Shown piece by piece: positions 27,754 to 37,132 of a DNA stretch of 64,000 nt; position 1 is the first letter of the stretch, and the number at the start of each line of letters is the position of its first letter. Source of the DNA: an uncultured Thermococci archaeon (GTDB taxonomy: Archaea; CAYQAE01; CAYVLA01). The position numbers were made by a program, and so were the translations under genes. The notes beneath the pieces were generated by a model. The model was not told the origin of the DNA and searched no databases. It saw only the letters and a program-made list of their open reading frames with translations. The DNA lies in contig CAZJVP010000090.1 of the NCBI GenBank assembly GCA_964549615.1, positions 8,107-72,106 on the forward strand, read 5' to 3'.

Positions 27754-28679
27754 GGAGCCGGGCTTGAGTTCTGCTTCTTGAAAACGATCTGCCTAGCCCT
27801 TTTCATGACCTCCTCAAACACCGCCGCCACGGTCTGCTCCACGGTAATGCTTTCGATGATGATGGTTCCCTCCTCCTTTGCCCTAGAGATGAGGTACTCC
27901 TGTATCGTCCTTATCTTGGGGAACTCGTCAAGATAGCTCTGCACCGGCCTCTTGGTCACGAGCGATTCCGAGCGCATGAACATCCTACTGCGGTGCTGCT
28001 CCTCGTCGCTAGCAGTTAGCACAACCAACACCACGTTGGGTCTATCCATTATCTCGCGCCTGAGGAAGCCTGGGACGAGGTGGACGCCTTCCAGGATCAG
28101 GCTCAAACCCTCCCTCAGCGCCCTCTCTATGACCGCCTCCACCCCCACCAGCACGTACTTGGCGTGCTCCTCAAACCCTGTTATGGTTCGGTCCTCCCCA
28201 GGCGCAATGGGCGTCCTTATTGCCTTCCAGGCCGTGTAGGAAGAAAGGTGCAGGGTGGGCATTAGCTCCGGCGAGATGATCTTTCTCATGACCTCCCTGA
28301 CGGCATCGGTGCCTATGACGTGCATGATGCCGAGCCGCGCGGCCAACTGGGCGGCCGTCGTCGATTTCCCGACGCCGGTCGCGCCGCTGATGAGGATCAC
28401 CATGGGCTCGCGCCCGTGCTGCACCTGCCTCCAGGTGATGTATCTCTCCGCCCCCTCCTCCCCTACCAAGGCCAGGATGTTCTGTCGCGCTAGCTCCCTG
28501 ATCTCGGTCCTTCTCACCCGGGTCCGCCCCTCGCTGATCAGGTGCGCCTCTATGTTTCTGGCGATTCTGTTAGCCGCTTCCGGATCTATGCCGGCGGCGG
28601 TGAGCGATTGGGCGAGGATTCCCTTAGAGAAAGGAGCTACATGTCCTGCCGATTCGACGAGTATGATAGGGGTTCCCAA
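27750..28679 (-). CDS. 2-phosphoglycerate kinase (ATP-cone-like N-terminus + P-loop kinase)
   Basis: The N-terminus MGTPIILVESAGHVAPFSKGILAQSL and P-loop ISGATGVGKST match 2PGK of methanogens and other archaea. Confidence 0.7.
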   Translation of the reverse strand: MGTPIILVESAGHVAPFSKGILAQSLTAAGIDPEAANRIARNIEAHLISEGRTRVRRTEIRELARQNILALVGEEGAERYITWRQVQHGREPMVILISGATGVGKSTTAAQLAARLGIMHVIGTDAVREVMRKIISPELMPTLHLSSYTAWKAIRTPIAPGEDRTITGFEEHAKYVLVGVEAVIERALREGLSLILEGVHLVPGFLRREIMDRPNVVLVVLTASDEEQHRSRMFMRSESLVTKRPVQSYLDEFPKIRTIQEYLISRAKEEGTIIIESITVEQTVAAVFEEVMKRARQIVFKKQNSSPAP

Positions 28680-28754
28680 GTTACATCCTCTTGGCCGGTA
28701 GGCGCAGGACCGTACGTATCTGCTTGCGGGAATATAAAGGGTTGGGTCCCTGAC

Positions 28755-29963
28755 CTAGACCCTCATTGCGTCGATGGCGGGCATCGGCTCCCCGCCAAGG
28801 TAACTGATCAGGGCCCCGCCAGCGAGGCTCACGTAGGAGAACTGTTCGTACGTGAAGCCAAGCTTTTGTATCGAATCCACCGTGCTGCCGCCGCCCAGCA
28901 GGGAGAATGCCTTCGACTTTGTCATCGCCGCGTATATCTCCTTCGTGCCCAGGTTGAACTGGGGGTCCTCGTACACCCCCGCCGGCCCGTTCATCACGAT
29001 CGTCTTCGCCTTCATTATCAAGTCGGTGTAGAGCTTTATCGTCTTTGACCCAATGTCGAATATCTCCAGATCGGTCGGAAGGCTCGATACATCGATGTCC
29101 ACCCTCTTGCCTTCCCTTGAGGCCGCCACGTCGACAGGCGTCACGATCTTCTTGCCGTGTCCTGCAATCAGATCCTTGGCCTTTGGGACGAAGCCCAGGA
29201 AGCCCTTTGCGGCGAAGAACTTCTGATCCTTTGGGCCGGTGTCGACTCCTTTGGCAAGGAGGAATATCCTGCCTATCACGCCGCACGTCAAGACGGTGTC
29301 TATGCTGCCCCTCTCAAGCCCGTGCGCCATCACCTTGAATGCCTCGTCAGGCTTCAGGCCTCCCAGGATGTAAAGGCAAGGCTTCTCGGGGTTCTCCATT
29401 GCCTTTGACAGGGACGAGATCTCTCTCTCCATCGTCCTTCCCAGAGCCTTAGGAAGCTTGACGGCAAAGCCCACGAGCGATGCTTGCGACCTGTGAGCGG
29501 CGGAGAAGGCGTCGTTGACGAAGAGGTCGATCAACGGGGAGAGCTTCCTCACCAGGAAGCTCTCGGCGTGCTGCTCGGGAGTCCGATTGAGCGTCTCCTC
29601 CGCAAGGAACCTGACGTTCTCCAGCAGGAGGATCTCGCCGCTCTTGAGTTCGTTGATCGCCTTCCTTGCGGCGGGCCCGAACACATCGTCTATGAACTTC
29701 ACCTTCCTGCCGGTACATTCCGAGAGCAGCTTGGCATGGTGCTGCAGGGAAGTGAAGTCCTCATCGCCCGCCCTGCCCTGGTGGGCCATCACCACGGTCT
29801 TCGCGCCCTTCTTGGAGAGTTCCTTCAGCGTCTCTGCTGCCGCCTGTATCCGCTCGCTCATCTGAGGAACGCCCTCATCATCAAGGGTCGTGTTGATGTC
29901 GATTCTCACAAGCACCGTCTTCTTGGAGACATCGTAGTCATCGAGGGTCTTGAATCCTTTCAA
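28755..29963 (-). CDS. pgk: Phosphoglycerate kinase
   Basis: 402 aa. N-terminus KKTVLVRIDINTTLDD and the overall PGK signature. Adjacent to 2PGK. Confidence 0.9.
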   Translation of the reverse strand: MKGFKTLDDYDVSKKTVLVRIDINTTLDDEGVPQMSERIQAAAETLKELSKKGAKTVVMAHQGRAGDEDFTSLQHHAKLLSECTGRKVKFIDDVFGPAARKAINELKSGEILLLENVRFLAEETLNRTPEQHAESFLVRKLSPLIDLFVNDAFSAAHRSQASLVGFAVKLPKALGRTMEREISSLSKAMENPEKPCLYILGGLKPDEAFKVMAHGLERGSIDTVLTCGVIGRIFLLAKGVDTGPKDQKFFAAKGFLGFVPKAKDLIAGHGKKIVTPVDVAASREGKRVDIDVSSLPTDLEIFDIGSKTIKLYTDLIMKAKTIVMNGPAGVYEDPQFNLGTKEIYAAMTKSKAFSLLGGGSTVDSIQKLGFTYEQFSYVSLAGGALISYLGGEPMPAIDAMRV

Positions 29964-30064
29964 GCCAATCCACCTTGCCGCTGGACGCCCAAAATTAGCT
30001 GTTGGAGAGGACGAGTTGGGCGCTCGAATTACATATAAATAGTTTGCAGGTCGGGCCGGTCGAG

Positions 30065-30562
30065 ATGATGGTGGGCCTGATCAGCGACACCCACGACAAC
30101 CTCCCGATGGTCGACAAGGCGCTGCGCCTCTTCAAGAGCGAAGGGGTGGAATGCGTGCTTCATGCCGGGGATTGGGTTGCTCCTTTCACGGCGAAGAAGT
30201 TCGGCCAGTACGCGGGAAAGCTCTTCGGAAGCTACGGCAACAACGATGGAGAGGTTCTCGGGCTCTCGAAGGTCTTCAGGGAAATGGATGCCGTGGTCAG
30301 AGGGGAGCTCACGGAGCTTGAGCTTGACGGCGATCGGGTGGCCGTCATACATGGAACCTACCCGGCCCTCGTGGATGCCGTGGTTGGCTCCGGGAGATTC
30401 TCCACGGTGGTATCCGGGCACTCCCACATGCCTGTCATCGAGAGAAAGGGCGACGTGCTGTGGGTCAACCCAGGGGAGGCATGTGGCTACCTCTACGGCC
30501 GCCCAACGGTCGCGTTGCTGGATACGGCTGATCGCAAAGCGAAGATTTGCGACCTGCAATGA
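30065..30562 (+). CDS. MJ0936/YfcE-family metallophosphoesterase
   Basis: MMVGLISDTHDN...HAGD...GNND... is the calcineurin-like phosphoesterase motif set. Start trimmed to M22 of the track ORF. Confidence 0.7.
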   Translation: MMVGLISDTHDNLPMVDKALRLFKSEGVECVLHAGDWVAPFTAKKFGQYAGKLFGSYGNNDGEVLGLSKVFREMDAVVRGELTELELDGDRVAVIHGTYPALVDAVVGSGRFSTVVSGHSHMPVIERKGDVLWVNPGEACGYLYGRPTVALLDTADRKAKICDLQ

Positions 30563-30581
30563 GGCTCCGGTCTGTTCGTGG

Positions 30582-31955
30582 CGGGGCACCATGGAGAAAA
30601 AGGAGATAGTGAACAAGTTCCTGGATAAGGGGATACTCCTCCAGCCAGAGGCCCTTGAGAAGGCCTTGAGGCTGCCGCCCGAAGTATTGGACGGCGTAAT
30701 CTCGGATCTCGTAGCACGCGGGATCGAGGTTGCGCGGGAGGCGGACTTGGAGCCAACCATGCTGCCCAGGCCCGAAGCCTCGGCGGCCGAGATCGAGATC
30801 CTCCAGGAGGTCAGTGGAACCTACTCTGATTCACGGATAGACTACCTGAAGCACTTCCAGAATAGATTCGATCGACTGGCGTCCTTGGTGAGGAAAAGAT
30901 CCGGCTTCGAGGCGAGCCGAAGCATCGCCGAGATCAGATCGGGCGGTCCCGGGAGCGTGACCACCGTAGGGATGATATGCGACCGAGCTTTCACGTCGGC
31001 TGGACACATGGCCCTCATGGTGGAGGACGGCACGGGCCGCATGAGGGTGCTTGTACCGAGTAACCAGCCTGCGATGCAGACGGCCAGGACCCTGGTGCTG
31101 GATGAGGTGATCGGGATCAAGGGAAGCTATGAGCCGGGAAAGAAGATCCTTGTTGCGAGGGAGATAACATCGCCAGATATCGAAGAACAGAACGGGCCCC
31201 TAGCCGCGCAAAGGGTCTACGCCGTCTTCTTGTCCGACATCCACTTTGGCAGCGAGGACTTCATGTCCGAGGCATTTTCCGCATTCGTGAACTGGCTGGC
31301 CGGGGGCTCCGCCGACGCCGATCTCAGGCAGATTGCCGCGTTGACCCGCTACGTGGTCATCTGCGGCGACCTCATCCAAGGGGGTTCGGATATTCTGGAC
31401 AAGTACGCGCGTTTGGCCTCCGTCCTCCGTGCAATACCGCAAAACGTCCTGATACTGGCAATACCCGGGGAGCAGGATGCCGCGGGCATGCTCGAGCCGC
31501 AACAAGGATTCCTCGAGGAAGCACTGAAGGCCTTCTCGGGGCTCAAGAACTTCCGCCACGCGAGCAACCCGTGTATGGCCCGTCTTGCCGGGGTGCCGGT
31601 GTTGCTCTACCACGGAAGATCGCTGGAGGACTGGGCATCGGCCCTGGGGATCCACCAGCCGTGTGAGCTGCTGAGGCAGATGATGGTGAAGAGGCACATG
31701 GCCCCGATTTATGGATCAGCGGTGCCGCTGGCACCCGTGGGTAGGGATCCCTTCCTGATCGGGGAGGTCCCCCGCATCTTTCAGGCGGGCCACACACATA
31801 GGAAATGCTCATCGAGTTACAAGGGAGTTCTGCTCCTCAGCTCTCCTTCCTGGAAGGCGTCCGACAGGGAGGCGGGAGCCGGCACGGTGTACCTGGTGGA
31901 TCTCTCCAACCTGGAAAGCAGGGAGATCAGTTTCGTCGGAGAACGGCGCTCGTGA
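30582..31955 (+). CDS. DNA polymerase II (PolD) small subunit DP1
   Basis: The track ORF 30162-31955 is trimmed to MEKKEIVNKFLDKGILLQPEAL (typical DP1 N-terminus). OB-fold region, then the Mre11-like phosphodiesterase domain (VFLSDIHFGSEDF, VICGDLIQG). Confidence 0.85.
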   Translation, partial: RGTMEKKEIVNKFLDKGILLQPEALEKALRLPPEVLDGVISDLVARGIEVAREADLEPTMLPRPEASAAEIEILQEVSGTYSDSRIDYLKHFQNRFDRLASLVRKRSGFEASRSIAEIRSGGPGSVTTVGMICDRAFTSAGHMALMVEDGTGRMRVLVPSNQPAMQTARTLVLDEVIGIKGSYEPGKKILVAREITSPDIEEQNGPLAAQRVYAVFLSDIHFGSEDFMSEAFSAFVNWLAGGSADADLRQIAALTRYVVICGDLIQGGSDILDKYARLASVLRAIPQNVLILAIPGEQDAAGMLEPQQGFLEEALKAFSGLKNFRHASNPCMARLAGVPVLLYHGRSLEDWASALGIHQPCELLRQMMVKRHMAPIYGSAVPLAPVGRDPFLIGEVPRIFQAGHTHRKCSSSYKGVLLLSSPSWKASDREAGAGTVYLVDLSNLESREISFVGERRS

Positions 31956-33243
31956 TTTCCTCTACCTTCGCTCTCTCTTCTCTTCCGGTCGTCATGTCTC
32001 GAAGCGTTACCAGCCCTTCCTTGAGGTCCTGTCTGCCGACGATTATGGCGTACTTGTGGCCGGCCCTGTTTGCTGACTCTAGGCTTTTCCCAAGCTTCCT
32101 TCCCGTGACGTCCACCACAGCGGCCACCCCGGATCGTCTCAGGCGCGAAGCGATGGCCATCGCGTCGGGCATCTCTTCCTCCGATACCGGGCAGACACAT
32201 GCAGTCGGAACGAATGCCAAATCCTTAGGAAGAAGGCCCTTGGATTCGAGGGAGATTATAAGCCGCGCGGTGCCTCCGGCGCAACCGACCGCTGGGCAAT
32301 CGCGGCCGTATATTCCGACGAGTCCATCGAACCTCCCGCCGCCGAAAACCGCTCCCAGATCCCTGTCCCCTGTGTCGAAGCACTCGAAGACGAAGCCGGT
32401 GTAGTAGTCGAGCCCCCTGACCAAGCTCAGATCGAAGACGATCCTGTCCAATCCCATCGATCTTTCAAGGATCCTGCCTATCCGCTCCATCCTATCGATG
32501 GCCGGACAGTTCTTGATCTTTGGGTGGCTCCTCAGGAGCTCGCAGACCTGGAATAACCCTCCCCTCACCGAACAGAACTCAAAGACCTCGTCAACCGCGG
32601 AAGTGCTCAGGCCCAGCTCCTTCAGCTGCCTGCGCATCTCATCCTGGGAGATCTTACCCTTCTTGTCCATAATCCTCAAGACCTCGGCTCTATCTATCCC
32701 TTGGTCCAATGTGCGCAGGAAAGCATCAAGGATCTGCCTGTCGTTGACCAAGATCTCGTAGCTCGACAACCCCAACGACTCCATGAGTCGACAGCCCAGC
32801 TCCACGACTTCCGCGTCAGCCGCAGGGTTCTGCGTCCCAAAAATCTCCACGTCCCACTGCTCCACGGATCGATATCGGCCATACTGCGGTTCATCGTAGC
32901 GCCATACGTTGGAGATCGCCGCAAGCCGGATCGGCTTGGGCCAGTCCGGGTTGCTCGCAACCATCCTTGCCATGCCCACTGTTAGATCGAAGCGCAGCGC
33001 GAGGCGTCGCCCACCCTTGTCCTCGAAGGCGTATATCTCCTTCTCTATCGCCGGACCTGCCTTCGCGAATATCGTCTCTATCTTCTCTATGTGCGTGGGC
33101 TCGACGAGGCTGTAGCCGAAGAGCCTCAGCATGCGCCTCAGCCTGTCGTACACGTAGTCCCTCTTTGCCATTGCCTCGGGAGTGATATCCCTCATTCCCC
33201 TTGGCGGTGTGAACTTGGCTTTTCTGTCCTTCTTCGTCGGCAC
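31927..33243 (-). CDS. hisS: Histidyl-tRNA synthetase
   Basis: FTPPRGMRDITPE, class II aaRS motifs and a C-terminal anticodon-binding domain. Its 3' end overlaps the PolD gene by 29 nt (convergent). Confidence 0.9.
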   Translation of the reverse strand: MPTKKDRKAKFTPPRGMRDITPEAMAKRDYVYDRLRRMLRLFGYSLVEPTHIEKIETIFAKAGPAIEKEIYAFEDKGGRRLALRFDLTVGMARMVASNPDWPKPIRLAAISNVWRYDEPQYGRYRSVEQWDVEIFGTQNPAADAEVVELGCRLMESLGLSSYEILVNDRQILDAFLRTLDQGIDRAEVLRIMDKKGKISQDEMRRQLKELGLSTSAVDEVFEFCSVRGGLFQVCELLRSHPKIKNCPAIDRMERIGRILERSMGLDRIVFDLSLVRGLDYYTGFVFECFDTGDRDLGAVFGGGRFDGLVGIYGRDCPAVGCAGGTARLIISLESKGLLPKDLAFVPTACVCPVSEEEMPDAMAIASRLRRSGVAAVVDVTGRKLGKSLESANRAGHKYAIIVGRQDLKEGLVTLRDMTTGREERAKVEEITSAVLRRN

Positions 33244-33356
33244 GCCCAGTCAACTCCAGGCAGAGGGCACGCAGCGATTAGGGAAGAGTCAACCGGCCCG
33301 TTTGATATCTGTTTCTCGCAACGGCCACGATCGGGGGTGACCGACGGCCGGGTTCA

Positions 33357-34568
33357 TCAGGGTCTGAACCACGAGATCTCGTAATAATCGTTCTCTCTTC
33401 CTTCGAGCTTTATCTTTCTCGTCAGATAGTAGCTTATGTCGGTCTCCCTGTCGACCACGGCGATGAGGAGCCGCAAACCCTTCCTCTCGGCCTCCCTGAG
33501 CGCGCTGCCGAACTCTAGCCCGCTCATGCGGAGGGTCTCGGGAATCGTGATGCACAAGAATGTGGGCTGGTTCTTGCCAGGCTCCTCAACCCCGTCTTTC
33601 GTTCTGTGGTAGAGGAGGAGATCGGCCCTCTCCGTCTCATCGTAGTCGTCCTTCGACATCCCGGGGACGCCGAGTATGAAGGTCTTCCGCACGCTCTGGG
33701 AGAGCCGAATGATCCTGCCCCACTCGCTCATGAGCATGCTGTAGGATTTGGGGAAGACGTGCAGGATGTGCTTGGAATGCACCCACTTATCTTTTCCAGT
33801 GCCGGCCCCCGGGAAGTAGATCCTGAAATGCGCGCCGAACTTGAAGCCGGTCTTCACGATGTAACCTGACATCCTCCAGTCCTCGTAGACCTCCAAGAGA
33901 TCCGCCATCCCCGGATGCCTGATCAAGGCGAATTCCAGCAAGGCCTGGCAGGATATCTGTTCGCCGCTTGAAGCATCCACGACCTTGACGGAGTTGGGGT
34001 ACTGCCTTGCGAGGTGAAGGGTCTCGATGAGGTCAAGCGAGAGGTTCTTCCCCGCCTTTTCCTGCTTGTACTTGCCGAGCTGTCCGATCCAGCTCTCATA
34101 GTACAGCTTCTCCGCTGCGTCCTGATCGAAGATCATCGACATTTCGGCCTCGCGAAAGAAGTAGCAGGTGACTTGGGGGATTTCCGGCAGCCTAACTCTC
34201 TCGGTCGGGTATGAGATCGATTCGGACTTTCGGCAGCTGAGCTTCTTGGGGGCCCTATCCATCTCGACCGGGTAGACCCCCCTGTCCCTCCAATCACGGT
34301 AGACGATATACTTCGGCAGAATCTCCGGATCACGCCGTACCTCTTCGAGCAGGAGTTCGCCGAACGAGATCTCCCTTCCTGCCTCGATCAGCCTGAAGTT
34401 CCTGCGCTCAATGAGGTACAGCACCTCTATGGGGGAGAGGCGACCCTTCTCGTCGCCGAAGTGCTTCTCCCTGAGCAGCGTGGCGCCCTCGCCGGGCTGA
34501 GGAACCGTCACCCCCTTTGACCTGATGAGGATCGCTTCCGGCTCGCTCGCCTCGCACTCACCGCTCAT
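33357..34568 (-). CDS. endA: tRNA-splicing endonuclease, two-repeat (duplicated-domain) form
   Basis: The N-terminus ILIRSKGVTVPQ...LSPIEVLYLIERRNFRL is EndA-like. A second catalytic-like repeat is ...HILHVFPKSYSMLMSEW. 403 aa exceeds single-domain forms. Confidence 0.55.
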   Translation of the reverse strand: MSGECEASEPEAILIRSKGVTVPQPGEGATLLREKHFGDEKGRLSPIEVLYLIERRNFRLIEAGREISFGELLLEEVRRDPEILPKYIVYRDWRDRGVYPVEMDRAPKKLSCRKSESISYPTERVRLPEIPQVTCYFFREAEMSMIFDQDAAEKLYYESWIGQLGKYKQEKAGKNLSLDLIETLHLARQYPNSVKVVDASSGEQISCQALLEFALIRHPGMADLLEVYEDWRMSGYIVKTGFKFGAHFRIYFPGAGTGKDKWVHSKHILHVFPKSYSMLMSEWGRIIRLSQSVRKTFILGVPGMSKDDYDETERADLLLYHRTKDGVEEPGKNQPTFLCITIPETLRMSGLEFGSALREAERKGLRLLIAVVDRETDISYYLTRKIKLEGRENDYYEISWFRP

Positions 34569-34622
34569 AGTTCAGGCAAAAAATTTATGTTGCGCTTTAA
34601 AGATATCCCTTCGGGCTAAGCG

Positions 34623-35171
34623 TTGGTTCCCAAGAAACGTGACGGCAGCGCCACCGCGCAAACCCTCGTGGCGAAGCGAACCCTCGATCCGATGGATGCG
34701 CTGACTGAGGAGAACCGCATGGTTCTAACCTTCTTTGCCTCGGAGATCGCGAGGTTCCTCGAGGCGGGAATCAACAGGCGGTTGGAAGATATCGAGTACC
34801 GGATCCGAGAGATGCCGCTGAGGAACGTGGCAAGCGAGGACGCGAAGGTCGTCAGGGAGATACTCCGGCTCTTCTCCAGATACAAGCTGTTCAGGATCCT
34901 GCGGGCCCTCGCCGCGTTCGCATCGGAGGACCGCGAGTTCACGAAGAACAGCCTGATACGTGTCGCCGGCGTGGGTCAAGGATTCCGCCGGGATGGGCTG
35001 GACAGGCTCATCGACGTCCTATGTTCCAGGGGGCTTCTTCTCGAAGTTGGAAAACGGGGAAGGGGCATCGTGTTCTGCGCAACCGGCATCGGAAAGGAAT
35101 TCCTGCGCCTCTACGTTCCGAAGACCACCCCTCAATCGAGTCCTTTGCCCGACGACGGGGGACGGGGATAA
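34623..35171 (+). CDS. Hypothetical protein (possible helical regulator)
   Basis: 182 aa, helical, no recognised motif. A bidirectional AT-rich promoter (aaaaaatttat / tttaaag) lies between this gene and endA. Confidence 0.3.
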   Translation: MVPKKRDGSATAQTLVAKRTLDPMDALTEENRMVLTFFASEIARFLEAGINRRLEDIEYRIREMPLRNVASEDAKVVREILRLFSRYKLFRILRALAAFASEDREFTKNSLIRVAGVGQGFRRDGLDRLIDVLCSRGLLLEVGKRGRGIVFCATGIGKEFLRLYVPKTTPQSSPLPDDGGRG

Positions 35172-35830
35172 TGAGGATAGCTTTGGTGGGAGGCACGGGG
35201 GCCCTCGGCACGGGACTCGCCGCAAGATGGGGCGAGAAACACGATGTTCTGCTGGGTTCCAGGAGCTACGACCGAGCAAAGATGGCAAGCGACAAGGTGA
35301 GATCGATGATGGCCGATCAGAATATCAAGGTCAATGTGGAACCGCAAGAGAACTACCACGCACTCGTCAAGTCCGAGGTCGTCGTCCTATGCATCGCATA
35401 CGAGCAGGCCTTGGCCACGGTCAGGCAGTTGATGGCCGGGTTCAAGGACCAGGTGGTCATATCTCCGCTGAGCCCCATGATGCCGACCAACGATGCTTTT
35501 CAGTACGTCAGGCCCGTGGAGGGGTCGGCCGCGATGCAGCTACGCCGGCTTCTTCCGCGGGATGTCGAGCTTGTCTCAGCCTTCCAAGGACTTCCGGCAT
35601 CCAAACTGCTCGACGTGCGGAGGACCATCAATTTCGACGTCCCCGTGTTCACGGACTCCGGGGCAGCGCGCAAGAAGGCCTTCGACCTTATCAGGGACAT
35701 CAAGTATCTCAGGCCGTTGAACGGAGGGCCGCTGGAGTTGGCCCACCTGGGGGAGATGATGGGCCCGCTTTGGAGAAGCATAGGTTCCCTCAACAAGATG
35801 AAGGACCCGTCGTTTAAGTTCCTGGAGTAA
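35171..35830 (+). CDS. F420-dependent NADP oxidoreductase (Fno)-like Rossmann protein
   Basis: MRIALVGGTGALGTGLAARW is a dinucleotide-binding N-terminus and the ~219-aa length is typical of Fno/NpdG. Start trimmed from the track ORF. Confidence 0.55.
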   Translation: MRIALVGGTGALGTGLAARWGEKHDVLLGSRSYDRAKMASDKVRSMMADQNIKVNVEPQENYHALVKSEVVVLCIAYEQALATVRQLMAGFKDQVVISPLSPMMPTNDAFQYVRPVEGSAAMQLRRLLPRDVELVSAFQGLPASKLLDVRRTINFDVPVFTDSGAARKKAFDLIRDIKYLRPLNGGPLELAHLGEMMGPLWRSIGSLNKMKDPSFKFLE

Positions 35831-35890
35831 GGAGAGTCTCCAGAATACATTTAACGCAACCGCCAACCGACGCACTTCGAAGGGACCAAG

Positions 35891-37111
35891 TTGATCAAGG
35901 TCGCCAAGTTCGGCGGCACGAGCATAGGGACGCCCGCCAGGCTTCGCCGCGCGGCAAGATCGATCCAGAAGCAGGTGGCAAGGGGCGACCAACTCGTTGT
36001 GGTTGTCTCGGCAATGGGACAAACGACAGACCAGCTCCTACGCCTGGTCGGGGATCTGAAGGTCAACCTTCCCGACATGGCCATCGACGAGATCCTGTCG
36101 ATGGGGGAGAGGCTGAGCGCGAGGCTGCTCTGGGCCCTGCTGGACGCGGCCGGCGTGAATTCGGTTTTCCTCGATCCCTCCATGCCGGAATGGCCAATAG
36201 TCACCGACAGCAACTTCCGCAAGGCAAAGGTCGATCTCAAACGCACCCTGCAGAGGTGCAAACGCTACCTTCTTCCCCTCGTCAGGAGCGGGTGCGTTCC
36301 GGTCATCTGCGGGTTTCTCGGCAGGGATCGGGAGGGCAGGACCACGACGCTGGGTAGGGGCGCGAGCGATCGCACGGCATTCCTGCTGGGGTACTGTCTG
36401 AATGCTGACGAGGTCATCATCGTCACCGACGTGGACGGCGTCATGTCGGCCGATCCGAGGATCGTAAGGGATGCAAGGTTGATCAGGTCAATCAAGTTCG
36501 AAGAACTCTGGAACCTGAGCGTGGGGGGCGCGCAGGTCCTGGAGTGGGGTGCCCTCAGCTTCAAACTGCCCAATCAGAGGGCAAAGATCATACACTACAG
36601 AAGAGGCGATCTGGATTCAGGAGGAACTGAGATATTGGGTTCGCCAAGTTCGGATCTGCGCGTGTCGCTCCACGACCGCCCCGTGACCTCGGTCACGGTC
36701 GTCGGCGAGCGCATGAGCCAAGTACCCGGCCTGCTTGCCCGCTTCTCCGAGGCACTGGCCACCGCCGATATCAACGTCGTCGGCGTGAGCACCGGCAGTT
36801 GGTCGATCAGCTTCTTCGTCGAAAGCGATCGGAGCGAGTCAGCGGTGAAAGCGCTGCACAGCGTGATCTCGGGCCCTGCAAAGGCGGTGACGAGCGGCGA
36901 GCGGTGCGCCATGATAACCATCGCGGGCGGCAAGCTCATCTATACGCCGGGGATCATCGCGAGGGCACTTCTCCCGCTCGCGCAGAGCAACGTGAACGTC
37001 GTTGAGGTTTCGACGAGCAAGGCGGAGATCACCGTTTTCGTGAAATGGGCTGACCGGAATACAGCCCTTCGGCTCGTCGAAGATTCCTGTTCCAAGGTCG
37101 ATCTTTCCTAG
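35891..37111 (+). CDS. Aspartate kinase with two C-terminal ACT domains
   Basis: KFGGTS, VVVSAMG.TTD and GRGASDRTA amino-acid-kinase motifs. TTG start. Confidence 0.8.
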   Translation: MIKVAKFGGTSIGTPARLRRAARSIQKQVARGDQLVVVVSAMGQTTDQLLRLVGDLKVNLPDMAIDEILSMGERLSARLLWALLDAAGVNSVFLDPSMPEWPIVTDSNFRKAKVDLKRTLQRCKRYLLPLVRSGCVPVICGFLGRDREGRTTTLGRGASDRTAFLLGYCLNADEVIIVTDVDGVMSADPRIVRDARLIRSIKFEELWNLSVGGAQVLEWGALSFKLPNQRAKIIHYRRGDLDSGGTEILGSPSSDLRVSLHDRPVTSVTVVGERMSQVPGLLARFSEALATADINVVGVSTGSWSISFFVESDRSESAVKALHSVISGPAKAVTSGERCAMITIAGGKLIYTPGIIARALLPLAQSNVNVVEVSTSKAEITVFVKWADRNTALRLVEDSCSKVDLS

Positions 37112-37132
37112 GAAGTCGGCGCCCGCCGGACT

